A stretch of DNA of 64,000 nt from Planctomycetota bacterium (GTDB lineage Bacteria > Planctomycetota > UBA1135 > GCA-002686595): contig JACRIN010000066.1 of the NCBI GenBank assembly GCA_016220085.1, positions 34,525 to 98,524 of the forward strand, read 5' to 3'. How positions within the stretch are numbered: position 1 is the stretch's first letter; the number at the start of each line of letters is the position of its first letter. The notes under the pieces are model-generated. The model did no database searches, was not told where the DNA came from, and worked only from the letters and a program-made list of their open reading frames with translations. This document shows positions 11,733 to 20,279 of this stretch, one piece after another. Position numbers and translations under genes: made by a program.

Positions 11733-12851
11733 ATGAACCCTGTCCCCAAGCATCCTGAACACGCCTCGGAATGCGTGCGCGCGGATCTGGCGGGTGATCT
11801 GATCCGCTGGGACGAGCTCGATTTCCGTCGCCGTGTCGAACTCGAGACCCACGCGACGACCTGCCCGACGTGCGGGCCCGCGCTCGCGCTGCTGCGCCGC
11901 GCCGATGCGTGGCTGAACGGCCAAGGACGGCACGTCCAAGCCGCGCACTTCGAGGCGGGCGCCTGCCCCGACGCCGAGGTGCTCTACGACTACGGCCAGG
12001 GCCCGGGCGCGAATCCGCTCCCCGAGCACCGCCGCAAGTCGGTCGACGCCCACCTGCTGGTCTGCGCGGAGTGCCGCGAGCTGGTGACGACGCTGGCGAG
12101 CCGCCCGCCGTCGCCGCTCTTGCTCGACGCGCCCGCGGAGCCCGGGTTCGACCGCCAGGCCGAACTCGACCGCCCGAGCGAGCCCGTCCCGACTCCGGTG
12201 CGCCGGCAAGACCGTCGCCCCGCTCCGGCGCGGCGCTGGCTCTGGATCCCGGCCGCCGCCGCGGCGCTGGTGCTCGTCGCGCTCGGCCTGTGGTGGCGCA
12301 GCGTCTCCGCCAACGACGGCGATCGACTGGTCGCCCAGGGCATCTTCCCGGCCGAGGAGGTGCTGCGCGGCGGGGACGGCGCCGAGCTCTACTACCCGCG
12401 CGGCGCGGTGCTCGCGCTCGACGGCCGGCCGTGGCACGCGACGACGTTCGAGGTCGCGCCGCGCGCCGACGCGCAGGGCTATCGTTGGGTGCTCTTCGCG
12501 CGCGACGGCGCCGCGCTCGGCGCGAGCCGCGAAATCGCGCGCTGGAAGACCGCCGAACCGAACACCACGTTCACCGGCGCCGAGCTCGGGCTCGGTCGCT
12601 TCACGTGGGAAGCGTGGGCGCTGGTCGGAGGCCTCGAGGTCCACCTCGGGCGCGCCGACTTCCACGTCAGAGCCGACGCGGCCGCCGACGGCCTGCTCGC
12701 GGCTCTCGAGCTCTCGGGCGACGAACGCGCGAGAGCCGTGCTCGTTTGGCTGCACGACCGTGGCTACCTCGGCGACGCCCGCGCGTTCGCGCGCACGCTG
12801 CCGCCGACTCCCGAGCGCGATGCGTACCTCGCACGCAAGCCCGGCCGCTGA
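11733..12851 (+). CDS. Membrane anti-sigma factor with two zinc-binding (HxxxCxxC) motifs (372 aa)
   Basis: Motifs H40-ATT-C-PT-C47 and H107-LLV-C-AE-C114, one TM (RRWLWIPAAAAALVLVALGLWW) and a ~185-aa C-terminal outside domain. It lies directly downstream of the ECF sigma gene. The track's TTG start at 11715 is an alternative. Confidence 0.7.
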   Translation: MNPVPKHPEHASECVRADLAGDLIRWDELDFRRRVELETHATTCPTCGPALALLRRADAWLNGQGRHVQAAHFEAGACPDAEVLYDYGQGPGANPLPEHRRKSVDAHLLVCAECRELVTTLASRPPSPLLLDAPAEPGFDRQAELDRPSEPVPTPVRRQDRRPAPARRWLWIPAAAAALVLVALGLWWRSVSANDGDRLVAQGIFPAEEVLRGGDGAELYYPRGAVLALDGRPWHATTFEVAPRADAQGYRWVLFARDGAALGASREIARWKTAEPNTTFTGAELGLGRFTWEAWALVGGLEVHLGRADFHVRADAAADGLLAALELSGDERARAVLVWLHDRGYLGDARAFARTLPPTPERDAYLARKPGR

Positions 12852-12888
12852 GCTGTCAGGTTCCCTCGGGCTCGCTTAGCCTGAAGCC

Positions 12889-15351
12889 GTGCTCCTCGCG
12901 CTCCTCTTGACGGTGTGGCAGGGCGGTTCGCCGACCGGCGAGCCCTGCGACTCGCAGCTCACCACGTTCCGCGAAGCGCTGACGCCGATGCGGATGGGCG
13001 ACGCGGAGGCCCGGCGGCGCACGCTCGAGAGCGCGGAGTTCCTCGCCGTCGCCTGCGGACGCCCGGAGTGCCTCGCCGTCGCGAAGTACTACGCCGCGCT
13101 CGACGCGGACGCGCTCGCCGACGGGCTCGCTCTCGAGCAACGCGTGCAAACGGTGCGCGGCGAATTCAACGCGGCGTACGACCGCGGGATCGACCTCGCC
13201 GAATGGCGCGCGGCGCTGCCGACCTGGATCGCCGAGCTCGACGCACTCGCCGATTCCGGAGAGCGGCAACCGGATTGGACGGCCGGCTTGCGCGCGCGAA
13301 GCACCGCGGCGCGGCTGCGCATCGCGCTGGTGAAGCTCGACCTCGAGCTCGCCCCCGAGGCGCGCAACGCGCTGGTCGTCCGCGCGGGCCGAGACCTCGA
13401 CCAGGCGCTCGCGGGTTTCGAGCGCGCGGGCCAGCTCGGCTCGACGCTGGAACCGCGGTGGCTCTCCGCGCGGCTCGCGCAGATGGCGGGCGCTCGTTCA
13501 GACGCGCGCGAGAGCTTCGAACGCTGCGCCACCGACGCGTTGCACCTCGGCGTTCCGGCGTACGCGATCTACGCGCAAGAGGGCCTGCTCGGCGTCGCGC
13601 GCGACGGCGGCGACCTCGGCGCCGAGGAGCGCGCCCTCGCGGCGCTCGCGCGGCTCACCCCCGGCGAGCAGACGTGGTCCGTCACGCGCGAGTGGGCGAC
13701 CTTGCTGCTCTCGGCGGACCACACGCGCGAGGCGTGGGACTATCTCGAGCGCCACGCGCCGAGCGAAGACGCCGTCGCCGATCGCGCCGACTGGCACTTC
13801 GTCGCCGGCGCGGCCGCGTTGCGAGCGCGTCGGCTCGACGCGGCGCGCACCCACCTCGCGGCGGCGACCGCGGGGCGCGCGGACGCGGGCGCGGTGCTGA
13901 TGCTCGCAAGGCTCGAGCTCGTCTCCGGCCGTCCCGAAGCCGCCGAGGAACTGATCGAGAGCTCGCTCGCGTCGATCGACCTCGATTTCTCGGCGGAAGC
14001 CCAACGCCACGCGTTGCTCGGCGAGGCCGCGTTCGTGCAAGGCCGGCTGCCGCGCGCGCGCGACGAGCTCACGCAGGCGCTCGCGGTCGCGCGCAGCTGG
14101 GAGGCGTTCATCGAGCGTTCCCCGCTCTCGCCTGCGGATCCGCGCGCGGCGACCAACGTGATCGGCGAGTGGCTCGGCGTGCACAGCGTCGCGTTGCTCG
14201 CGTCGACCCACGCGCGCGCCGGCGATCCGCTCGAAGCGGCGCGCGTGATCGAGGAGCTGCAATCGCGCGGCTTGCGCCGCAGCGGCACGCCGGGCGCCGA
14301 ATTGCGCTCGCTCGCCGGCCTGGCGTCCGCGGAACTCACGACCGACGACCTGCGCGCGTGGGCGGCGAGCCACGAGGCCGGGTTGGTCACCTGGGTGCTC
14401 GGTGCCGACTTCGGCGTCGTCGTGCACGTCTCCTCGGCCGGACGCGCGACCGCGGCGCGGGTCGAGCTCGGGCGCGCGGAGCTCGCCGACCTCGCGCGGC
14501 GCTTCGAGGAAGCGCTGCTCGACACCGACGAGGAATGGCGCGGGACGTTGGCGCGCGAGCTCGCTCGGTTGCTCTTCCCCGAGCCCGTCGCGAACGCGCT
14601 CGCCGCGGAACGCGACGACGCCGCGTTGCTCTGCTTGCCGCACGGCGTGATCGAAGGACTCGCGCTCGAACGCGTCGAGCTCGCCAGTCGCGCGCTCGAG
14701 GATCGCTTCGTGCTCTCGGTGCTGCCGGGCCTGGTCGCACCGCGTCCGCGCGCGGCGCGTCCGATCGCACGCTGGAGCTTCCTCGGCGCGCCGAGCGGAA
14801 GCCGCGCTCGCGAACTTCCGTCGGCGCGCGCGGAGCTCGAGCGGCTCGCCGCGAACGCCGCCGGCTCGCGGCTCGCGCTCGGCGACGCGTGCACGCGCGA
14901 AGCGTTGCTCGCCGCGCTCACCGACGGCGGTGCGCTGCACATCGCGACGCACGCGCTGCGCACGGGTCTGGACGCGGGCGGACGCTACGCGCCGATCGGA
15001 CTAGAGGTCGCGGGCGGCGACATCGTCGGCGCGGACGAGCTGCGTCGACGCGCGGGCGCGCTCGAGCTCGTCGTGCTCTCGTCCTGCGCGAGCGCGCACG
15101 GACGCATGCTCGACTCGGAAGGCCTCCATGGGATCGCGCGCGCCTTCCTCGAAGCCGGCGCGCGCGACGTCGTCGCGACGTTACGGCCGGTCGGCGACCG
15201 CGCGGCGCACGATTTCGCGCTCGCGTTCCAGCGCCGGCTCGCCGACGGCGACTCGCGCGCGATCGCGGTGCGCGGCGCGCGGCGCGAGCTCGCGGCGGGC
15301 GGCCATCGGGCGGCCGATTGGACGGCGTTCCGGTTGCTCGGGCAGGACTAA
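12889..15351 (+). CDS. CHAT-domain (caspase-fold) protease with a long helical, TPR-like N-terminal region (820 aa)
   Basis: The C-terminal ~250 aa carry CHAT hallmarks: GALHIATHA (His), ELVVLSSCASAHG (Cys), GIARAFLEAGARDVVATL and WTAFRLLG. The N-terminal 550 aa are Ala/Leu/Arg-rich and helical. The TPR-like call rests on composition only. GTG start. Confidence 0.75.
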   Translation: MLLALLLTVWQGGSPTGEPCDSQLTTFREALTPMRMGDAEARRRTLESAEFLAVACGRPECLAVAKYYAALDADALADGLALEQRVQTVRGEFNAAYDRGIDLAEWRAALPTWIAELDALADSGERQPDWTAGLRARSTAARLRIALVKLDLELAPEARNALVVRAGRDLDQALAGFERAGQLGSTLEPRWLSARLAQMAGARSDARESFERCATDALHLGVPAYAIYAQEGLLGVARDGGDLGAEERALAALARLTPGEQTWSVTREWATLLLSADHTREAWDYLERHAPSEDAVADRADWHFVAGAAALRARRLDAARTHLAAATAGRADAGAVLMLARLELVSGRPEAAEELIESSLASIDLDFSAEAQRHALLGEAAFVQGRLPRARDELTQALAVARSWEAFIERSPLSPADPRAATNVIGEWLGVHSVALLASTHARAGDPLEAARVIEELQSRGLRRSGTPGAELRSLAGLASAELTTDDLRAWAASHEAGLVTWVLGADFGVVVHVSSAGRATAARVELGRAELADLARRFEEALLDTDEEWRGTLARELARLLFPEPVANALAAERDDAALLCLPHGVIEGLALERVELASRALEDRFVLSVLPGLVAPRPRAARPIARWSFLGAPSGSRARELPSARAELERLAANAAGSRLALGDACTREALLAALTDGGALHIATHALRTGLDAGGRYAPIGLEVAGGDIVGADELRRRAGALELVVLSSCASAHGRMLDSEGLHGIARAFLEAGARDVVATLRPVGDRAAHDFALAFQRRLADGDSRAIAVRGARRELAAGGHRAADWTAFRLLGQD

Positions 15352-15413
15352 GAGCGCGAACTTCGGAGCTCGGTGAGCGCGAGCACGCGGACCGGTGTCC
15401 CGCGCGAGGCCCA

Positions 15414-15501
15414 GTCGCGTGTGACGCTCGGCCGCGTGTGAAGCCCGGCCGCGTGCGACGCTCGACCGCGCGTGTCACTCGCGGGTCGCGTGGGACCGAT
15501 C
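15414..15501. repeat. Five degenerate tandem copies of a ~17-bp unit (consensus about CCGCGTGTGACGCTCGG)
   Basis: Read directly: gtcgcgtgtgacgctcgg / ccgcgtgtgaagcccgg / ccgcgtgcgacgctcga / ccgcgcgtgtcactcgcggg / tcgcgtgggaccgatcc. Located in the 308-bp spacer between the CHAT gene and the next gene. Confidence 0.7.
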
Positions 15502-15659
15502 CGAGGGATGGGTCTCGCCCCGACGAGAGCACCTGCAAGTTGCTCCAGGAGCGGGAAGGTCCTTCGCAACGCGGTCTTCGAAGCTCAAGCGGACTCCGGG
15601 GCGATCCGAAGAAACGGGCGCCGATACGTCTCCCCACCGAACCGGCAAGGACGACCCCC

Positions 15660-16205
15660 ATGCAGATCCGCCATCTCATCCCCGTCGCGGTGATCGCTTG
15701 CTCGGCCGAACTCGCGGCGAGCGACATCGGCGACTTCCAAGCCCAAGGCATCGAACTCCTCGCGCGGGTCTCGCCGACCGTGTTCGAAGCGCTCAATCCG
15801 ACGACGCAGCCCGTCATGCTGTGTTTCACGGCGCCGGACACCGGCGCGACCGCGACGGCGATCGTGCCCGGACTCGCCGAAGTCCAATTCCAGTTCCCCG
15901 CCGGTAGCGCGACCAACCTGCTGCTCGAAGTCACGTCCGTCGTCGACGGCGTGGCGACGACCACGGCCGCGGTCCCGCTCGGAATGCTGGAGGACCCGAC
16001 CGTCGACGCGATGTGGGTGCAGCGACTCGACACCGACCTGCACAGCTTCGCGCAACTCGGCGAGAGCTTCCAATCGATCGACCCGACGACCACCGGCGGC
16101 ACCGAGTGCTCGAGCAGCGGCTCGCACGTGCCCGAGGTCTCGCCGATCCTGCTCCCGACGCCCGAGCTACCGAAGAAGATCGAACCGTGGGTTCCGCCGG
16201 CGTGA
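15660..16205 (+). CDS. Secreted hypothetical protein (181 aa)
   Basis: ATG 15660 (MQIRHLIPVAVIACSAELAAS signal peptide), taken from the tail of the spurious 1096-aa track ORF. Thr/Pro-rich C-terminus. Confidence 0.55.
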   Translation: MQIRHLIPVAVIACSAELAASDIGDFQAQGIELLARVSPTVFEALNPTTQPVMLCFTAPDTGATATAIVPGLAEVQFQFPAGSATNLLLEVTSVVDGVATTTAAVPLGMLEDPTVDAMWVQRLDTDLHSFAQLGESFQSIDPTTTGGTECSSSGSHVPEVSPILLPTPELPKKIEPWVPPA

Positions 16206-16414
16206 GCCGATCACGCGCCGGGACGTTTGGGGCGCGCCCCTCCGACGCGACGCAGTCCGTCGCACCCGGCCGTTAGCACAGGTTTCCTGAGAGACGCCTG
16301 AGAGAGAAGGACGAACGGCGACGAGCTCTCGAGGCTCGCCGCCGCTCTCCTTTTGATGCGCGTCGTCGACGCGGGCTCGATGCGAGTCGTCGGCTGCGCT
16401 ACCATCCGCGCAAC

Positions 16415-17218
16415 ATGCCCAGCTACATCGACACCGCGATCGAACGTGCTTGGAGCTTGCTCGATCGCGGCGAGCCCCAGAAGGCGCTCGACCTGATGGC
16501 GGGCGTCGACTCCAACGCCGCGCGGCGCTGGGTGGTCGAATCGTCCGCGTACCTCGAGCTCGACGACCTCGCGAAGGCGCGCGCGTCGATCGACCGGGCG
16601 AGCGCGCTGCCGGGCATCGACGGCGACTTGAACTACCAGTGGACGAAGGCGGAGATCTGCCTGCGCGAGTGGAAGCTCGCCGAGGCCGACGAGCTCTACC
16701 AAAAGGTCGCCGCCGCCGAGCGGACGTCCGCGGTGCTCGAACGGTTGTCGCTGCTCTCCGATCTGCGCCACGACCAGGCGGGCGCCGATCGGCTGCTCGC
16801 CGAGGCCGAGGAAATCGACGCCGACGAAGCCCCGCACCCGCCGCGGCTCTCGCCTCAGCAGTTCGAGCACGTGCTCGACGAAGCGATCGAGCTCCTGCCC
16901 GAGGAATTCCGCGCCGCGCTCGACGCGGTGCGCGTCGTGATCGAAGCGGTGCCGACCGAGTCGATGATCGACAAGTCCGACTGCGCCGAGACGCCGCCCG
17001 ACATGCTCGGCCTGTTCGTCGGCTCGTCGAAGCTCGACCAGAGCGCCGAGGACTCCGCGGTGCTGCCGCCGCAGATCTTCCTCTTCCAGCGCAACCTGGA
17101 GCGCGCGTCGATCGATCGCGACGAGCTCCTGCACGAGATTCGCATCACGCTCTATCACGAACTCGGCCACTACCTAGGTTTCGACGAGGAAGGCGTGGCC
17201 GGCATGGGCCTCGAGTAG
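16415..17218 (+). CDS. TPR-like N-terminal region fused to a zincin-like metallopeptidase domain (DUF1025-type), 267 aa
   Basis: C-terminal LFQRNLERAS...EIRITLYHELGHYLGFDEE contains an HExxH motif in the context typical of the small 'possible zinc metallopeptidase' family. Confidence 0.6.
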   Translation: MPSYIDTAIERAWSLLDRGEPQKALDLMAGVDSNAARRWVVESSAYLELDDLAKARASIDRASALPGIDGDLNYQWTKAEICLREWKLAEADELYQKVAAAERTSAVLERLSLLSDLRHDQAGADRLLAEAEEIDADEAPHPPRLSPQQFEHVLDEAIELLPEEFRAALDAVRVVIEAVPTESMIDKSDCAETPPDMLGLFVGSSKLDQSAEDSAVLPPQIFLFQRNLERASIDRDELLHEIRITLYHELGHYLGFDEEGVAGMGLE

Positions 17219-17238
17219 CGTCGCATCGCGATGCGACG
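17219..17238 (+). terminator. Perfect 20-bp palindrome (cgtcgcatcg|cgatgcgacg) immediately after the stop codon; candidate terminator stem without a U-tract
   Basis: Read directly. It starts 1 nt after TAG 17216..17218. Confidence 0.4.
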
Positions 17239-17341
17239 ATGCCTCGCCGCGCGCCCTACGCACGTCGACGAAGCGCTCCGGCGCGTGCAGAGTCCAGACT
17301 AGTGCTCTGGCTTCGACTCGTCCGCGCGCCCGGAGGCAATC

Positions 17342-18673
17342 ATGGCTAATCGATCGAACTACAAGGTCACGACCCGACTCGTCCACGGCCCGCAGCACTC
17401 GGCGAAGTGGGACTTCAGTCACCACGTCACGCCCCCGCTGTCGTCGTCGACGACGTACCGCCTGGATTCCGCCAAGCGCGGCGCGCGCGGCTTCACCGAG
17501 TTCGGTCGGCTCGTGCGCGACGTCGGCGAGCCGCCGGTCTACATCTACGACCGCCTCGACGAGCCGACGCGCTCGATCCTCGAGGGCGAGCTGGCGGACG
17601 TCGAAGGCGGCGAAGCGTGCGTTACGTTCGCGAGCGGCATGGCGGCGATCTCGGGTGCGCTCGGCAGCGTGCTCGTCCAAGGCGACGAAGTGATCGCACA
17701 CCCGACGCTGTACGGCTGCACGCACTCGCTGTTCGAGAACTGGTATCCGAAGCTCGGCTTCGGCGTGAAGCGCGTGCAGTTGAACGATCTCCAAGCGGTG
17801 CGCGCCGCGATCACGGAGAAGACCCGCGCGATCTACTTCGAGTCGCCGGTGAATCCGACGCTCGAGCTGATCGACATCGGAGCGCTGCGCAAGCTCGCCG
17901 ACGAAGTCAACGCGAAGCGCAAGGCCGAGCGCAAGGTCCTGATCTTCATCGACAACACGTTCGCGACTCCGTTCGGCCAACGCGCGCTGTCGCTCGGCGC
18001 CGACGTCGTGCTGCACTCGCTGACCAAGAACCTCGGCGGCTTCGGCACCGAGGTCGGAGGCGCGGTGATCTGCCCGCGCTGGATGCTCGCGTCGTTGTTG
18101 CTCTATCGGAAGGACTTCGGCGCGATCCTGTCCTCGAAGTCGGCGTGGGCGATCCTCGTGTACGGCCTGCCGACGCTCGCGCTGCGGCTGAAACGACAAC
18201 AGCACACGGCGAAGAAGGTCGCGACGTGGCTCGAGAAGCAGGAATGCGTGCAGCGCGTCGTCTATCCGGGACTGCCGAGCTTCCCGCAAAAGGAGCTCGC
18301 CGAGAAGCAGCTCATCGACTGGGACGGTGATCTCGCGCCGGGCTCGATGATCTTCTTCGAGCTCAACAGCGCGAAGATCGACGCCGAGCAGTTCGTCGAC
18401 GAGATCGCGCGCTCGGCGTACTCGGTGACGCTCGCGGTCAGCCTCGGGCACACCAAGACGTTGATCGAGCTGCCGTCGAGCATGACGCACAGTTCCTACG
18501 GCAAGCCCGGCGGCATGGCGGTGCGCCTGTCGATCGGCCTCGAGAGCCCGACCGACATCATCGAGGACCTGAAGAGCGCGATGAACACGGTCACCAAGAC
18601 CTCCACGAAGAACGGCGCGCGAAAAAACGGCGCCACGAAGACCGTCAAGCCGCCGAAACCGGCGAAGGCCTGA
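17342..18673 (+). CDS. Cys/Met-metabolism PLP-dependent enzyme (methionine gamma-lyase / cystathionine gamma-synthase family) with a K/T-rich C-terminal tail (443 aa)
   Basis: GGAGG lies 6 nt upstream of the ATG. Motifs FASGMAAISGAL, DNTFATP, the PLP-lysine context HSLTKNLGG, and RLSIGLESPTDIIEDLKSAM, followed by a ~30-aa tail NTVTKTSTKNGARKNGATKTVKPPKPAKA. Confidence 0.8.
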   Translation: MANRSNYKVTTRLVHGPQHSAKWDFSHHVTPPLSSSTTYRLDSAKRGARGFTEFGRLVRDVGEPPVYIYDRLDEPTRSILEGELADVEGGEACVTFASGMAAISGALGSVLVQGDEVIAHPTLYGCTHSLFENWYPKLGFGVKRVQLNDLQAVRAAITEKTRAIYFESPVNPTLELIDIGALRKLADEVNAKRKAERKVLIFIDNTFATPFGQRALSLGADVVLHSLTKNLGGFGTEVGGAVICPRWMLASLLLYRKDFGAILSSKSAWAILVYGLPTLALRLKRQQHTAKKVATWLEKQECVQRVVYPGLPSFPQKELAEKQLIDWDGDLAPGSMIFFELNSAKIDAEQFVDEIARSAYSVTLAVSLGHTKTLIELPSSMTHSSYGKPGGMAVRLSIGLESPTDIIEDLKSAMNTVTKTSTKNGARKNGATKTVKPPKPAKA

Positions 18674-18676
18674 GCG
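18501..18676 (+). repeat. Left direct repeat (DR-L): last ~57 codons plus stop of the PLP gene, repeated at 28505..28665
   Basis: Aligned by eye to 28505..28665: 13 mismatches plus one 15-bp indel (gcgaaaaaacggcgc is present only here). Confidence 0.85.
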
Positions 18677-18685
18677 CGCAGGCCG

Positions 18686-19200
18686 TCAAGGTCGGTCTTC
18701 CCGTCGGCGTGCCGGCCCGAGCGAATCGAGCGGGCGGCCCAGCGCGCGCTCGAGCTCGATCACGGCGCGCGCGAAGTCCCAGCGCGCTTCGACCGCTGCG
18801 CGCCGAGCCTCGCTCGCGCGGCGGCGGCATTCGAGCCACACGAGCACGGTCGTATCGCCGAGCTCGTACGCGCGGCGCGCGAACTCGACGTTGCGCAGCG
18901 ACTGCTGCAGGACCTCACCTTCGAGCTCCCCTGCGATCGTGGCGGCGCGTGCGACGCGCTCGTGCGCCACGCGCGCCGAAGCCAGTGTTTCGGCCTGCAG
19001 TGCTTCGAGTTCCTTCGCGAGTGCGTCGCGCCGGTACTGCACGCGTCGTAGCCGCGCGTGACGGAGGTCGAGGATCGGCGGTTCGATCGAAGAGGACTGG
19101 TCGAGAGTCGCGGACGGCGAGTCGAGCAGACCCGCGGCGATGACCTGGATGCCGCCCTCGAAGCGCGCGCCGCCGAGGATGTCGGCGAACGGATCGGTTC
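18686..19200 (-). pseudogene. 3' remnant of an outer-membrane efflux factor (TolC/CzcC family) gene
   Basis: The reading frame ...ILDLRHARLRRVQYRRDALAKELEALQAE...RRAYELGDTTVLVWLECRRRASEARRAAVEARWDFARAVIELERALG matches only the last ~150 aa of OMFs (compare AYELGDTTVLTLLQAQ in the intact OMF at 21525..22910). Upstream the frame runs into the EamA gene, so there is no N-terminal half. Confidence 0.6.
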
Positions 19201-19203
19201 CGT

Positions 19204-20253
19204 CTAGTGCGGGTGCCTGTGGTGGAGATCCGAAAGATGGCGATGGCCGTGCGTCACACCCACGTGCCGGTGCGCGTGGGTGTGACGCGTCGACGGAGGA
19301 AGACCGGGGTGTGCGTGGTCGTGGTGGCCGTCGTCGTGGGTGTGGTCGTGCACGTGCTCCAGCGCTTCGTGGGTGTGCTCGTGCTCATGGCGATCGAAAA
19401 AGAGAATCGCGATGCCGACGAGCAGGAGCGGCGCGGCTGCGACATGTCGCCAGAGAAGGGGCTCTCCGAGAAGAACGAACGAGAGCGCCGCGCCGAGGAA
19501 CGGTGCGCTGGAAAAAGCAACTTGGGCCCGCGTGGCCCCCAGTTGCTGAGCGGAGAGCACGTAGAGCACGATGCTCGCGCCGTAGGAGAGCGCCCCGAGG
19601 CCGAGCGCAAGGAGAACGTGAAGTTCGCTCCCCCCGAGGGGTTCCAGCGCGAGTCCGATCGTGACGTTCGTTGCCCCTGCGACGAGCCCCTTCCACGCGG
19701 TGGCCTCCGCGGGGATCAACCCGTCGATGAGCGCGGTCAGGTGGTTGTCGATTCCCCACGCTGCGCACGCTGCCGCGACGAGGACGCCAGCCCACATCCC
19801 GGTAACTCCGCCGGCGGAGGAGAGCAGCACGCCAGCGAGGAACCCGATCGCGATGCCAGCCCAACCCCAGCGGCCGATGTGCTCCCGGAAGAAGAGGACA
19901 CCGAGAACCGCGGTCGCGGCGATCTCGAGGTTCAGGAGAAGCGCGATCGACGCGCTCGTCGACGAGCGGAGCGCAAGCAACACGAGAACTGGCCCGACGA
20001 CCCCACCGAAGAAAACTGCTCCAGCGAGGCGCCACCGACTCTTGCTGTCGATGCGACTCCCTCGTTTCGCGCGCCGGACCTTCCATGCGGACGGAGCCGT
20101 ACCGAGTGCGGCGCCGAGGTAGAGCAGGCCGGCGAGCTGGAACGGCGAGAGCTCTCCGAGAAGGACCTTGCTCGCCGGCGTCGAGGCTCCGAAGAGGAGC
20201 GCTGCGAGCAGCGCGAGCATCAGAGGTCGCATGTCAGGGACTCCACTCCGCAT
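19204..20253 (-). CDS. EamA/DMT-family permease with a His-rich C-terminal tail
   Basis: About 10 TM segments in two EamA-like halves. The last 62 residues contain 23 His (RHEHEHTHEALEHVHDHTHDDGHHDHAH...HRHLSDLHHRHPH). The start may be ATG 20232 (MRPLMLALL). Confidence 0.7.
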   Translation of the reverse strand: MRSGVPDMRPLMLALLAALLFGASTPASKVLLGELSPFQLAGLLYLGAALGTAPSAWKVRRAKRGSRIDSKSRWRLAGAVFFGGVVGPVLVLLALRSSTSASIALLLNLEIAATAVLGVLFFREHIGRWGWAGIAIGFLAGVLLSSAGGVTGMWAGVLVAAACAAWGIDNHLTALIDGLIPAEATAWKGLVAGATNVTIGLALEPLGGSELHVLLALGLGALSYGASIVLYVLSAQQLGATRAQVAFSSAPFLGAALSFVLLGEPLLWRHVAAAPLLLVGIAILFFDRHEHEHTHEALEHVHDHTHDDGHHDHAHPGLPPSTRHTHAHRHVGVTHGHRHLSDLHHRHPH

Positions 20254-20279
20254 CGTGACTGGCGCTGAGAGTGGGGAGA

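Noticed and set aside
12915-15659. 1096-aa plus-strand track ORF 12915..16205
   Set aside because: It overlaps the CHAT gene out of frame and is Arg/Ala-rich low-complexity sequence. Only its last 181 codons (15660..16205) form a plausible secreted protein.
17219-17341. SAM/S-box-type riboswitch upstream of the Cys/Met PLP-enzyme gene
   Set aside because: The spacer is only about 120 nt and lacks the conserved SAM-I, SAM-II and SAM-IV core sequences I know. Only a palindrome directly after the upstream stop is evident.
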